Assembly (NCBI GenBank): GCA_964594735.1
Contig: CAZQMS010000005.1
Span: forward strand, 19,150-83,149
Source: an uncultured Candidatus Saccharibacteria bacterium
GTDB lineage: Bacteria; Patescibacteriota; Minisyncoccia; Phycocordibacterales; UBA2100
Length of the DNA stretch: 64,000 nucleotides
Reading direction: 5' to 3'
The notes beneath the pieces were generated by a model. It was given only the letters and a program-made list of their open reading frames with translations, did not search any database and was not told the origin of the DNA. Numbering within the stretch: the stretch's first letter is position 1; each line of letters begins with the position of its first letter. The position numbers were made by a program, and so were the translations under genes. Shown one piece after another: positions 26,443 through 36,631 of this stretch.

Positions 26443-27795
26443 CTACGCGTGGATGAGGGTGCGGATGTGGTCGAGTTCTTGCTCAAGTGAGTTGTTGCTC
26501 TTTATCTCCTCTTTGATTTTTTCGCACGAGTGGATGACTGTGGTGTGGTCGCGGCCGCCGAGCTTCTCCCCTATTGAAGGGTATGAGACGCTAAATTCTT
26601 CACGAAGGACGTACATGATGATCTGTCTCGGCTTGACCACCTCCTTTTTGCGCGTCTTTTCGTAGATGCTTTTCTCGGGGACTTCGTAATACTGCGCGAT
26701 GCGGCGCACCACCTCATCTATAGAGACGCCACGATTCGGCTTCACATTGTGTTTGATGAGGGCGCGTACGTCGGCGTGCGATATCGCTTTGCCCTTGAGC
26801 TGCGATTTGCACACAATCATATTGAGAACACCTTCAAGTTCGCGGATGTTGCCGCGCACGTTCTCAGCGATGTACTGGATGATGTCTTCCGGTATGGAAA
26901 AACCGTGCTGCTCTATTTTTGCCTTGATGATGGCGATGCGGCTCTCTACATCGGGCTCCGGTATCTCCGCGATGACACCGGCGGCGAAGCGGCCTTTGAG
27001 GCGCTCCTCAAAGCCCGGGAGGAGCGATGGGTGTTTATCTGACGAGAAGACAATTTGTTTGTTGTTGTCGTGAAGTGCGTTGAAGAGGTGGAAGAGTTCT
27101 TCCTGGGTCTTCTCTGTGTTTGCGATGAACTGGATGTCGTCCATGATGAGGACATCGTACTGACGGTACTGGTCTTTGAAGTTGTTGGCGCGTCCCGCAC
27201 GCACGGCGTTGATGTAATCAATCGCGAAGCGCTCCGATGTGACGTAGAGCACTTTTTTGTTCGCGTGCTGTTTCTTGAAATGATTGCCAACCGCTTGGAT
27301 GAGGTGGGTCTTGCCGTGACCTGTCGAGCCGTAGATGAAAAGCGGATTGTACGTGAGGCCCGGGCGATCTATCACCGCCTTTGCTGCCGCGTGGGCAAGC
27401 TGATTGAAGGGGCCGACGACAAATGTCTCAAATGTGTAGCGTGGGTTGAGGTTGTCGCGCTTGTCTATATAGAGAGACTGGAGGTCGAACGACGCGTTCT
27501 CCTGGGGCTTTTCAGCGCGCGGCGCCCTGCGCTCGGCACTCGGGGCACTGCGATGAACGACGTACTCGACGGTGCGAATAGTGTTGTCGAGGCTACGGAG
27601 TGCCTTGAGGATGAGCTTGTGGTGTTTCTCGAGCAGCCACTCTTTCACAATCTTCGACGGCACGGCCACCTGCACTGTCCCCGACTCGCGGTTTGCGATG
27701 TCAGTATTGCGAAACCAAGTGCGGAAGGAGGCTTGTGATGTTCCTAATTCTATTTGGACCAATGCGTTCTGCCATAGTTCTCGATTGGTCATCAT
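26443..27795 (-). CDS. dnaA: chromosomal replication initiator DnaA
   Basis: GSTGHGKTHL Walker A, AAA+ sensor motifs and a C-terminal DNA-binding domain. The track start is TTG at 27804; the ATG at 27795 is likelier. Confidence 0.9.
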   Translation of the reverse strand: MMTNRELWQNALVQIELGTSQASFRTWFRNTDIANRESGTVQVAVPSKIVKEWLLEKHHKLILKALRSLDNTIRTVEYVVHRSAPSAERRAPRAEKPQENASFDLQSLYIDKRDNLNPRYTFETFVVGPFNQLAHAAAKAVIDRPGLTYNPLFIYGSTGHGKTHLIQAVGNHFKKQHANKKVLYVTSERFAIDYINAVRAGRANNFKDQYRQYDVLIMDDIQFIANTEKTQEELFHLFNALHDNNKQIVFSSDKHPSLLPGFEERLKGRFAAGVIAEIPEPDVESRIAIIKAKIEQHGFSIPEDIIQYIAENVRGNIRELEGVLNMIVCKSQLKGKAISHADVRALIKHNVKPNRGVSIDEVVRRIAQYYEVPEKSIYEKTRKKEVVKPRQIIMYVLREEFSVSYPSIGEKLGGRDHTTVIHSCEKIKEEIKSNNSLEQELDHIRTLIHA

Positions 27796-27962
27796 AGATA
27801 TCAACAGCGAATGAAGCTCACGTATTATACGCGTGCAGCTTTCGCTGGGAAGCGCCGCGGGAGTGTTACGACATGTTCACAACCTGTGTACAACCTGTTG
27901 ATTACTTTTTCGCCCACCATCGCTGTTGCCATGTGCCAGATTTTGCCGTATAGTCCGAAGTC

Positions 27963-28097
27963 ATGAGACGAACCTATCAGCCGAAGAAGCGCAAGCGAGC
28001 GAAAACACATGGTTTCCGCTCCCGCACGACGACTACCAAGGGGCAAAAGGTGCTCCGCAGGCGTCGTCAGAAGGGACGCAAGCGCCTCTCCGCATAG
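27963..28097 (+). CDS. rpmH: 50S ribosomal protein L34
   Basis: [44 protein letters not shown] (44 aa, translated by hand; below the ORF-track size cutoff). TATAGT lies 8 nt upstream. Confidence 0.9.
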   Translation: MRRTYQPKKRKRAKTHGFRSRTTTTKGQKVLRRRRQKGRKRLSA

Positions 28098-28099
28098 CG

Positions 28100-28426
28100 A
28101 TGCCCAAAAAGAACCGCCTCAGCGGTGCCGAAATACGGCGGATACGCTCCCCTCGCCGCTCCCACGGCGAACTTTTCTCACTGTCCGTCTCCCCCTCGGA
28201 TGGTGCGGAGGCTAAGTTCGCATGCGTGGTATCCAAGAAGGTTGCGAGTTCGGCCGTGCGGCGCAATACGATAAAGCGCAGGTGCCGCGACATATTTCGC
28301 GGCAGCCTCGTAAGCCTCCCCGCAGGTTCCTACATACTCTATGCCAAGAAGGGTGCCGCCGAGGCATCGTACGCGGCGATGGCCGAGGATCTTGCGAAGC
28401 TCCTGCGGGGGCTGCGTAGCGCATAA
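28100..28426 (+). CDS. rnpA: ribonuclease P protein component
   Basis: MPKKNRLSGAEIRRI...IKRRCRDIFR; starts 3 nt after the rpmH stop. Confidence 0.85.
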   Translation: MPKKNRLSGAEIRRIRSPRRSHGELFSLSVSPSDGAEAKFACVVSKKVASSAVRRNTIKRRCRDIFRGSLVSLPAGSYILYAKKGAAEASYAAMAEDLAKLLRGLRSA

Positions 28427-28465
28427 GGAGAAGCGGCGGTACAATACGCCCCAACATCCCCGGCC

Positions 28466-29206
28466 ATGATTAGCTCCATTTTCCATACACTCGTCTACGA
28501 CCCGATATACAACGCGCTCGTATTCTTCGTCGATGTCGTACCAGGGCACGATGTCGGGCTCGCGGTCATCATTGTGACCATCATTGTGCGCGTCATTCTC
28601 TACCCGCTTTCGAAGAAGGCCATCAAAGCGCAGATGGACATGAAGCGCATTGCGCCGGAGATTGAGGAGATAAAGAAGAAGTTCAAAGACAAGCCCGAAG
28701 AGCAAGGTCGCGCGATATTCGCGCTCTATCGAGAGCGTGGCGTAAGTCCTTTCGCCGGTCTCTTTCTCCTCCTCATTCAGCTTCCGATTCTGCTCGGGCT
28801 CTATTTTGTCTTTGCGCAGGGCGGCTTGCCGAGCATCAACGCCGACCTTTTGTACTCTTTCGTGCCGACGCCGCCGTCAGTGGACATGGAGTTTCTCGGC
28901 CTTATCGACATGGCCGGCAAGAGCCTCGTCCTTGCCCTGCTCGCGGGCGTGACGCAATTTATCTATACACGTCTATCTATGGGGCCGCGCGGCTCGGCGG
29001 TAGCCGCGGAAGCGTCGTTCTCCGCGGAAATGGCGCGCACTTTCGACTTGCAGGCGCGCTACGCACTGCCCCTCATCGTCGCGGGCATCGCCTACTTCAT
29101 TGCGGCAGCGGCCCCCCTCTACTGGCTGACGAGTAACCTGTTCATGATAGGCCAAGAGCTCCTCTCCGGTCGCCGGTTCAACCCCAAGACCGAAAAGGAC
29201 TCGTAG
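28466..29206 (+). CDS. yidC: membrane protein insertase YidC (short, monoderm type)
   Basis: 246 aa; YidC/Oxa1 core TM helices with a conserved RVILYPL-like segment. Confidence 0.85.
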   Translation: MISSIFHTLVYDPIYNALVFFVDVVPGHDVGLAVIIVTIIVRVILYPLSKKAIKAQMDMKRIAPEIEEIKKKFKDKPEEQGRAIFALYRERGVSPFAGLFLLLIQLPILLGLYFVFAQGGLPSINADLLYSFVPTPPSVDMEFLGLIDMAGKSLVLALLAGVTQFIYTRLSMGPRGSAVAAEASFSAEMARTFDLQARYALPLIVAGIAYFIAAAAPLYWLTSNLFMIGQELLSGRRFNPKTEKDS

Positions 29207-29296
29207 CCGTACTCCCACAGACGACCTATACTCAGGGGGCAAACGCGCCCGATATTAGAACACGCGCCCCATGGCCTCCGTATTGCCGAGAGTCTA

Positions 29297-29311
29297 CCTC
29301 ACGGGGTCTAC
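29297..29311 (+). promoter_or_regulatory. degenerate motif copy CCTCACGGGGTCTAC followed by a 26-codon mini-ORF starting ATGAGAT
   Basis: Seen directly; pairs with the full motif 100 nt downstream. Confidence 0.35.
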
Positions 29312-29397
29312 CCCATGAGATGTCCGCCGCCTGCCCACCGCATCGCTAGTTTTCGCATTACGACATATGTTTTCAGCTCAGGTATTGCCGATTAACT

Positions 29398-29413
29398 ATC
29401 TCACGGGGTATAG
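29398..29413 (+). promoter_or_regulatory. conserved motif ATCTCACGGGGTATAG (9 nt before the jag ATG)
   Basis: Motif copy. Confidence 0.45.
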
Positions 29414-29421
29414 TGCCCTCC

Positions 29422-29892
29422 ATGGATTACGCTCCCGAAGTCGAAAAAACTATTAAAGAGATGCTCGACACGCTCGGCGCGTCGTACTCAGCGGTGACGA
29501 AATCCGAAGTTGCTGGGCAAACGATTTTCACCATCGAGACGGAGGATGCCCGCAAGCTTATCGGCATGCACGGCGACACTATCCATGCCATAGACATGCT
29601 CGTGAAGAAAATACTCGAAAAGCGCATGCCGCTTCCTGAGGGTGAGGAGGCGCCGATGTTCCTCGTCGATGTCAACGACTACCGTGCGAAACAAATACGC
29701 GACTTGCAGACAAAGGCTCTCATGATGGCCGAGCGCGCGCGTTCATTCCAATACGATGTGGAACTCTCACCCATGAGCGCGTACGAACGCCTCATTGTGC
29801 ACACAGCACTCCAAGACGCTCCCAATGTGAAGACAGAGTCTCAAGGCGAAGGGAGAAATCGGAGGGTGGTAATCAAATACGCGGCAGATTAG
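29422..29892 (+). CDS. jag: Jag/KhpB R3H-domain RNA-binding protein
   Basis: C-terminal R3H-like segment (YERLIVHTALQD) in the rpmH-rnpA-yidC-jag context. The track start is GTG at 29413; the ATG at 29422 is preferred. Confidence 0.7.
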   Translation: MDYAPEVEKTIKEMLDTLGASYSAVTKSEVAGQTIFTIETEDARKLIGMHGDTIHAIDMLVKKILEKRMPLPEGEEAPMFLVDVNDYRAKQIRDLQTKALMMAERARSFQYDVELSPMSAYERLIVHTALQDAPNVKTESQGEGRNRRVVIKYAAD

Positions 29893-29899
29893 CACTGCC

Positions 29900-30460
29900 C
29901 TACCATCCGCTTCCACCACCCCCGCTAGAGCCGGCCCCACTTGAACCGGTGCCGGTACTGCCGGGCGCTGTTGCTGGCGCAGCAGGTAGAGAGTTTGCGG
30001 GTGCTTGATTGGTCGCAGCTGGGCGTGTGGGCGTCACGATTTGCACCTTGTTGGCGTTTCGGAACACATTTAGATCCAGTAAATTCGGATTAATCTGGCG
30101 CAGAATGAGCCATATTGAAAGCAGCAGCAAAAGACCGAGAATCACATCGCCGATGACCTGCTTCGCGTGTGACTTCTGGTGGAATGCATCGGTGGTCATG
30201 TACAGGTAGCCTGCAAAGGCGAGCCGGAGTACGCCAAGAATTGCGCCCACCGCAATCATCGCAACGAACACCTTGTTGAAAAAGTCCGCAAGAGACCCAT
30301 TCGTTCCATACAGATCTCCGAGGCGAGTGCCACCGGGAGCGGGGGCGAGCGGTACGAAAGTCTGGGCGGTTGCCATGCTCGCGCTAATGACGAATAACGT
30401 TCCCGCTATTGTAATCGCGAGCAGGAGGTGGGGTATGTACTCGGTTCGTCTCATAATCAT
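29900..30460 (-). CDS. small membrane protein, candidate VirB2/TrbC-like pilin
   Basis: Signal peptide followed by two hydrophobic helices and a Gly/Ser-rich tail; last gene of the secretion cluster. The start is trimmed to the ATG at 30460. Confidence 0.35.
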   Translation of the reverse strand: MIMRRTEYIPHLLLAITIAGTLFVISASMATAQTFVPLAPAPGGTRLGDLYGTNGSLADFFNKVFVAMIAVGAILGVLRLAFAGYLYMTTDAFHQKSHAKQVIGDVILGLLLLLSIWLILRQINPNLLDLNVFRNANKVQIVTPTRPAATNQAPANSLPAAPATAPGSTGTGSSGAGSSGGGGSGW

Positions 30461-31698
30461 CGGTCTAGCGTGAGCATCCACAGTGTTTTGTCTGTCTTGT
30501 TGCTGAAGGCGATGTGCGTGCCGGCGCTGTTGATGCGCGGCTCTTCCACATCGAGCGGCGTGCCGAAGTCTGGCGTGAAAATTTGCTCGGCGGTGTTGGC
30601 AGAGACGTCGATGCGCCACCATGCATCCGCAGTGTGCACCGAGCCATCGTACCAGCCGCGTACAAACGCACCCGTCGGCCGTGTCTGGGGTACTGCACAG
30701 TACAGAATGAGTCGCGAGTCGGGTGCCCACACACATTTTTCCACTACCGTGCGCACGGGTAGCGCTATGTCCGCACTCGCAGCGCTTACGCGCGCAAAGA
30801 GCGCGAGCGAGCCACCAGAGGAGCTGCTGAAAGCTACGGCGCTCGAGTTGGTGCGCGGGAGGAACATGAGGCCAGGGATATTCCCTACGACGCGTTCGAG
30901 TGCGCCGGATGGGAGCACGCGGAACGCGAATCCTGCGACGTCATCCGACGCCTTCTGTACAACGTACCGCGTACCGTCTGGGAGCACGAGTGCTCGCCAG
31001 TCGGAGAGCGCCGACGTGAGGATGCGCTTTTGGCCTGCTGCCTTCCAGTCGGCAGTAATACCGGCGGATCCATCAGACTCACGCACGATGAAGAATATCT
31101 CTCCAGCATCGTCGCGGACTGCAACCGATACCACACCAGTTGGGAGGAATACACCCTCGAGCTTGTTCGGAGTGTCCCCCGCTGCCGGAGACGTGCTCGT
31201 CCCTATACGCGCAGCGAAAGCCGTACTTCCCCCCGCGTCGTCGAGTGCGCGCAGCACGACAGAGCCATCAGAGGCAAAATGTGCCTCGAGAACCTTCGGA
31301 ATGAGTGTATTCGTGAGGCGCTCTATCTTGGTCTCGTTGGGGTCAGCGACGAGGATGTTGCCGGAGGCGCGTTCCGCGAAGTAGAGGCGCGGACTCGAGC
31401 TCGCGAACCCGAGACCAGCAACGGGTGTGCGAGTTATCTGCCAGAGCTGCGGAGCCTCGGAAGACGCCGATGATTCATTCTGAACGATAGACCCGACGAT
31501 GCCACTGACAAGGTTTGAAATTCCGCTCCCGATACCGGCGCCAAAAGTCTCGCTCGCGCCAAATCCACGTGCCGCGTCTTGCGACTCCGTCGTCGAGATT
31601 TGTTGATTGACGAAGATGTACCACCCCGCGAGGCCGCCAAGCGCCGTGACGACGATGCCAGCGACTACGAAGCGGATGAGGGTCATGTTCATTTTCAT
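30457..31698 (-). CDS. membrane-anchored protein with a probable beta-propeller ectodomain
   Basis: N-terminal TM; stop overlaps the next start by 4 nt. Confidence 0.4.
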   Translation of the reverse strand: MKMNMTLIRFVVAGIVVTALGGLAGWYIFVNQQISTTESQDAARGFGASETFGAGIGSGISNLVSGIVGSIVQNESSASSEAPQLWQITRTPVAGLGFASSSPRLYFAERASGNILVADPNETKIERLTNTLIPKVLEAHFASDGSVVLRALDDAGGSTAFAARIGTSTSPAAGDTPNKLEGVFLPTGVVSVAVRDDAGEIFFIVRESDGSAGITADWKAAGQKRILTSALSDWRALVLPDGTRYVVQKASDDVAGFAFRVLPSGALERVVGNIPGLMFLPRTNSSAVAFSSSSGGSLALFARVSAASADIALPVRTVVEKCVWAPDSRLILYCAVPQTRPTGAFVRGWYDGSVHTADAWWRIDVSANTAEQIFTPDFGTPLDVEEPRINSAGTHIAFSNKTDKTLWMLTLDR

Positions 31699-31704
31699 AC
31701 TGAT

Positions 31705-32742
31705 TTATTGCTGTGGTGCGAAAGGATTTGTTCCCTCCACGCCGCCGGCGCGGGAGAATGTGACCTGCCACGCCGCATTGGTGCCGAAAAAGAAGTTGCT
31801 TATATGTGTAACCTCCAGCTCGACGGTAGCGACCCCTGTCGACCCCTGTGAATTGATGGTGATTTGAGACGGTAATTCCTTGTGACTTGCGATGTCCTGC
31901 TGATTTACGCGCCAGGCGTACGAAAGACGCGAGTCATTTTCTGATGTTGCAGGGGCAAAATATGGTATCGCAAGAAACGTCAGCTCCGTCTCCGGCGTAA
32001 ACGCGCTCGCGCCAAACGCCCTGTGGTAGAGGGGGCCGAAGAGCGGGTGATTCTCGTAGAGCTGGATGTGTGTGTCGGGACTCGGTATACGTGTGCTCGC
32101 GCGCGCAGATATGGCACCGTCAGGAGTGCGCGCTTCTACGGAGAATGTGTCGTCGCTGAAGAGCGTCCTGCCGTCGACTACGAGTGTCGAGCGCCCCTTA
32201 CCTGAGAACGAGCCGAGCACGATGTTTCCTTTGCGCCAGGTGTAGATGAGGTCCTTTTCTGCGATTCGCGTCCCATTCTGTACAAACGTGGGGTATGCGA
32301 CAAATGTGATGTTTGCACCCGGAGATGGTAGCGTGCGTCCCCCATAAAAGGCGGGAGTAAACCCGTCGGCTTCCCACAGAAGGTCGAGGGATGCGGGGGT
32401 AATCGTGAGAAAGGCGAGCGCATCCTCATCGCCCGAAATGACCGATGCAGAGACATCGACCGACTCGCCCGCACTTCCGACCTCTATAGAAACGCTCGTG
32501 ACCCCTTCGCCCTCGGTGAGGAGCTCTCCATCGACGCGCCATGAGATAAGACTTTGAGCGAGATCATAGATGGGGCTTTGCAGTGTGAGTCGCACCGTGC
32601 TGTTCGGTACAGGCTGCGCGGGGCTCATCGCGATTGTTACTGCACTTGATGCTCCCGGAATACCCGACTGCGCGCTGACCATCATTGGTACGACGACAGG
32701 CATCGCGAAAATGAACATCAATACTACCGAGACGCGCTTCAT
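31705..32742 (-). CDS. secreted protein, hypothetical
   Basis: Signal peptide MKRVSVVLMFIFAMPVVVPMMVSAQS. Confidence 0.4.
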   Translation of the reverse strand: MKRVSVVLMFIFAMPVVVPMMVSAQSGIPGASSAVTIAMSPAQPVPNSTVRLTLQSPIYDLAQSLISWRVDGELLTEGEGVTSVSIEVGSAGESVDVSASVISGDEDALAFLTITPASLDLLWEADGFTPAFYGGRTLPSPGANITFVAYPTFVQNGTRIAEKDLIYTWRKGNIVLGSFSGKGRSTLVVDGRTLFSDDTFSVEARTPDGAISARASTRIPSPDTHIQLYENHPLFGPLYHRAFGASAFTPETELTFLAIPYFAPATSENDSRLSYAWRVNQQDIASHKELPSQITINSQGSTGVATVELEVTHISNFFFGTNAAWQVTFSRAGGVEGTNPFAPQQ

Positions 32743-34718
32743 ACTTCCTTGAGATCAGAGCTGCTGAGTGATTTCCCGACAGGTGCCGTGTCGGCGCCCG
32801 GTACAGCGGGTGCAGGTATGCTTGCGGCGGCTGGCGGCGGTGCCGTCGGCGACACGGGGCGGATTGATGCAGCTGCGGCTGCGCCCGCGCTCGCTGGTGT
32901 ATCGACCGCATCGAGCTCCTGCTTTGCTTTCTTGATTGCCAGAATCTGCGACGGGTCCGATGTGATGATTTGGTCTTCGGTGTACGAAGCGATGACCTTG
33001 ATAGCGACGTGCTTGAGGCCGGCGAAGAATATACCCTCCCCCACGTCGGACTCGAGCAAGAGGTACTTCTCTTCATCCGAGAGTTTGAACGTCTGCTGCA
33101 CGAGGTCGACCGATGTTGGTGACTGACGCAAGAGGAGTTGAATGGACGAGTTGGTAATCATCGGAATGCCGTAGGGCGAATTGAGGAAGTCGGAGACGTC
33201 CTGCGTGATGGTGGAAATGCCCAGGTAGTATTTTCGACCGCGTTTTGCAATCGAGAAGAGGAAGGATGCGGTGTCCTCGCTGCGCATCATCCACCACGCC
33301 TCGTCGATGACGAGCAGTCGCTTGCGGAGCTCTTTGCGCACCGTATTCCAGATGTGGTGCGTGATGATGTACATAGCGACCGGCTTGAGGTCGTCTTCCA
33401 TGTCGCGCACCGAGAACACCACAAGTTTTTTATTCATGTCGACGTTGGTCGGCCTATTCATAAAGCCGGACCAGGTGCCCTTGGTGTACTTGGAGAGGCG
33501 CTGCACGAGGCTCTCGGAGCCCTCCATGCCCGAGAGGACGAGCTCGAAGTCGGAAAGAAGCGGCGGCTCAACCGCGGCGAAGTTCGCCTCTGGCGTAATG
33601 TCCTTGAGTGCGTATGTCTCCGTGATTGCCTTGTCGATGATGGCGTCCTCCTCCGGCGTCAGGCCGCCGAGCATGATGCGGAAAAGCCCCACGAGGGTGA
33701 TGATGTTGTTGCGCAGCACGTCCGACGGATTTTCATCTTCGCGCGGAATTGCGAGGTCGAAGGGGTTGATGTGGTGTTCGGAGGAAAGTGAAATGTTGAA
33801 GTAGCGGCCGCCGACCGTCTCCGCGAGGTACTCGTATTCCCTCTCAGGGTCGATGACGATGACTTCTGTATCGAACATGAGCGAACGCAGAATCTCAAGC
33901 TTCGTTGTGTACGATTTGCCTGCGCCTGACTTTGCGAATGTGACGCTGTTGTAGTTTTCGAGTGAGAAACGGTCAAACAATATGAGCGATGAATTGTGCC
34001 TGTTGATGCCGTAGAGAATGCCTCTATCTGATGTGAGGTCGAATGAGATGAATGGAAATATCGACGAGAGCGGCGCGGAATTGAGCTTGGTGTGCACATC
34101 GAGCTCATCGGTCGCGAGCGGCAGGACCGAGCGGAATCCCTGCTCCTGCTGGAACAGTGCCGGTCGTATGTACACAAGCCGGGACTCCAAGATGGAGCGC
34201 ACCTCGCTCTCTACCTTGTCGATTTCTTCGCGGGTCGAGCCGTAGATGGTGAGGTACAGACCAACATCGAAGATGCGCTCTTGCGCCTGCTGGAGACTGT
34301 CGCGGAGCTGTTCAAGGTCGGCGTACGCAGTGTCGAGCATGGGGTCGCGGACCATGCCCTTCGCTTCACGCGTCGAAATCTGGCTCTGCACCTCGGCTAC
34401 TTTCTTTTGGAATTTGCGGAGCATCTCGTTGGTATCCATGGGGTGGATGAAAATCGAGATGTCGAGCACCTTGTCCATGTTGATGATAGGCGCGAACCAG
34501 CCCGTCGTGAGAAAGCGCGGGTACGAAATGACAAAGAACGTGCGCGCAATCTTCTCGCCGAGGTCGAGTTCGCGCGAATTGACCTTGAGTGCATGCGGTG
34601 CGATGACGTCCTGCAGGTCGAGGACGCCGCTTTGGTAAATCTCACGCGGAAGCACCGGGAGGATATCCGGAGACTCATCCTTTTTCTTGCCAAATGGAAG
34701 CAGGTCAGTGAGTGCCAT
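32739..34718 (-). CDS. VirB4/TraC/CagE-family type IV secretion ATPase
   Basis: Walker A FAKSGAGKSYTT and Walker B LLVIDEAWWMM; 659 aa. Confidence 0.85.
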   Translation of the reverse strand: MALTDLLPFGKKKDESPDILPVLPREIYQSGVLDLQDVIAPHALKVNSRELDLGEKIARTFFVISYPRFLTTGWFAPIINMDKVLDISIFIHPMDTNEMLRKFQKKVAEVQSQISTREAKGMVRDPMLDTAYADLEQLRDSLQQAQERIFDVGLYLTIYGSTREEIDKVESEVRSILESRLVYIRPALFQQEQGFRSVLPLATDELDVHTKLNSAPLSSIFPFISFDLTSDRGILYGINRHNSSLILFDRFSLENYNSVTFAKSGAGKSYTTKLEILRSLMFDTEVIVIDPEREYEYLAETVGGRYFNISLSSEHHINPFDLAIPREDENPSDVLRNNIITLVGLFRIMLGGLTPEEDAIIDKAITETYALKDITPEANFAAVEPPLLSDFELVLSGMEGSESLVQRLSKYTKGTWSGFMNRPTNVDMNKKLVVFSVRDMEDDLKPVAMYIITHHIWNTVRKELRKRLLVIDEAWWMMRSEDTASFLFSIAKRGRKYYLGISTITQDVSDFLNSPYGIPMITNSSIQLLLRQSPTSVDLVQQTFKLSDEEKYLLLESDVGEGIFFAGLKHVAIKVIASYTEDQIITSDPSQILAIKKAKQELDAVDTPASAGAAAAASIRPVSPTAPPPAAASIPAPAVPGADTAPVGKSLSSSDLKEV

Positions 34719-34801
34719 AGGAATAGTTTACAGGTGACAGTCTACAGTTAACAGTAAAGTATGCATGCGCGTATTGGTTGTTCCTGTCATCTGTAAACTG
34801 T

Positions 34802-35464
34802 TCACTGTGAACTGGGTACTGGCATGGGTTTCCCCTCCTCGCCCGGGTTGAACATCTTGTAGAGAAGCTCTATCGCCTCCTCGGTGCCGAGCTGGACGGT
34901 GCGCACGCCCGTGCGGACCAATCCCTGCTGGACGATGGAAATGCGCTGCTCGAGTTGTGACACCTGTTCTTCAAATGTCCTGTTCTCTGCGGCGGGGTCG
35001 GATTTACCCTTGCCAAATGGCAGGTAGGACGCGGGTCCGGATTTCTTGGTAATAACTGCCGGGTCGTACGGCACGACGACGAAGAAATTTTTCGTCATTA
35101 TGTTGGCCGCCTCGGTGAAACTCTTGATGAACTCGATGTACTCACGAATCTGAATGCGCATGAGGTCGTCGAGTTGCTGCTTGTACTGTGCTTCAAGTGT
35201 CGCGACATACGGGCGGATGTCGAGCATGCGCGACTGGACGAATATCTGTACTGAAAAGTCGAGTGAATTGAGGAAATTTTGGAATTGAACGATGAATGCG
35301 GTCTGCTCGTCTTCGCTCTTGAGCGCGAAATTGATGGACGAGGCGAGGAGCACTGCGCGCAGACCCCCGCTCTTGAGCGACACGACGCCGTCGCGTACCT
35401 CTTGAATCGGCACAAAATCCTGTGTCGATCGAGAGATGGTGCGCTTGTTGGTGGTTTCAGGCAT
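34802..35464 (-). CDS. hypothetical protein of the secretion cluster
   Basis: 220 aa, soluble, no motif. Confidence 0.4.
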   Translation of the reverse strand: MPETTNKRTISRSTQDFVPIQEVRDGVVSLKSGGLRAVLLASSINFALKSEDEQTAFIVQFQNFLNSLDFSVQIFVQSRMLDIRPYVATLEAQYKQQLDDLMRIQIREYIEFIKSFTEAANIMTKNFFVVVPYDPAVITKKSGPASYLPFGKGKSDPAAENRTFEEQVSQLEQRISIVQQGLVRTGVRTVQLGTEEAIELLYKMFNPGEEGKPMPVPSSQ

Positions 35465-35467
35465 GGT

Positions 35468-35983
35468 CTATTGGCGCGGGGCGCTTCTGCGCAGCTGGGT
35501 GACAATGTCTTCGGGTACGCGCAGGCCCCGTACGGGGTCTGAGTCGCTTCTGTCGCGCTCGTCGGTCGTGCCCGCAGCGATGCGTTCGTTGATGTCGAGG
35601 CTCCAGGCAAGCTCGTGGAGCTTGCTGTCGGAGAGTTTGGGCACGTAGACGCTTGCGCTCCCCCGACTCGGCTCTGCCGCCTTTTTAACCTGTGGCTTTT
35701 TCGAGCGCTCGTTGTTCCAGAGGTACAGCTTGGGGTGGAGCATGTAGTAGAAGCTGTTTTCGAGCGCGAGGAGGAACGGGCGGCCGTTGACCTGCATGAA
35801 GGCAAGCGCCGCGGCAAGCCCGAGGACGCCGATGATGAGTGGTGCAGCAGCAAAAAGCGGGAGGATGCGCCACACGACGTATGCAAGACCGAGTCCTCCG
35901 GCGATGAAGACGAATTGCTTAAAGGTGAGAGGCCCCACAATCTTGTCCTCTACCTCGATGAATTGAGGTACTTGGAACTGCAT
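35468..35983 (-). CDS. PrgI-family (VirB3-like) small membrane protein
   Basis: MQFQVPQFIEVEDKIVGPLTFKQFVFIAGGLGLAYVVW is the characteristic PrgI-type N-terminus (from memory), with two TM helices. Confidence 0.55.
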   Translation of the reverse strand: MQFQVPQFIEVEDKIVGPLTFKQFVFIAGGLGLAYVVWRILPLFAAAPLIIGVLGLAAALAFMQVNGRPFLLALENSFYYMLHPKLYLWNNERSKKPQVKKAAEPSRGSASVYVPKLSDSKLHELAWSLDINERIAAGTTDERDRSDSDPVRGLRVPEDIVTQLRRSAPRQ

Positions 35984-36043
35984 GACTCAATTATTATAAC
36001 AGCCCGCACGATGTGTGCGGGCTGTTTAAACGCATATCACTAC

Positions 36044-36628
36044 TTAGATGAGTTGCTCGCGGTACGGGTCGCCCTCTATTGCTTTGCGTTCGTGACTCGC
36101 TACTTGTGGTGCGTACGTAGCGGGGAGCTGTGCGCGCTCAACTTTCTGAGTAGGCGGTGCTGGTGGCGGTGTCGCGGGTGCTATCGGCGCTGCTGCAGGT
36201 GCCGCAGGAGCCTGCACGGGCGCCGTAGGAGCTTCTGAACTACCAAGAACCTGCGTGCGCATCTGCTCTACCCCCGTTTCCTCCGTAGCCTCAGCGTCGG
36301 GGTGTTCCAACTGTCTTTCTAGTTCCTGACGAATGGGCTCGAAGACGAGAGCCGATATCTCCGCAGCGAGGGCTGTTGCCTCTTCTGGAGAGAGTCCGAT
36401 AGACTCTGCTATGTTTTCAGGCAAATTCTCCGAATGGTGAACCCCCAGCAAGGTGAGCTGGACTTCATTTTCTAGTGCCTCCCATTGGTCCAAGTGTAGG
36501 TTGCGTTTTTTGGCCAGTTCTCGCATGTGTGACTGTACGTCGGCAGAAAGAATCGCATCTCGCACGACTTTCGGGAGACTTTCGAAGCGCTCCTGTATCA
36601 GCTGCTTGAATTCGGTGTTCTCGTCCAT
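36044..36628 (-). CDS. hypothetical protein with a Pro/Ala-rich C-terminus
   Basis: ORF only. Confidence 0.35.
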   Translation of the reverse strand: MDENTEFKQLIQERFESLPKVVRDAILSADVQSHMRELAKKRNLHLDQWEALENEVQLTLLGVHHSENLPENIAESIGLSPEEATALAAEISALVFEPIRQELERQLEHPDAEATEETGVEQMRTQVLGSSEAPTAPVQAPAAPAAAPIAPATPPPAPPTQKVERAQLPATYAPQVASHERKAIEGDPYREQLI

Positions 36629-36631
36629 AAT

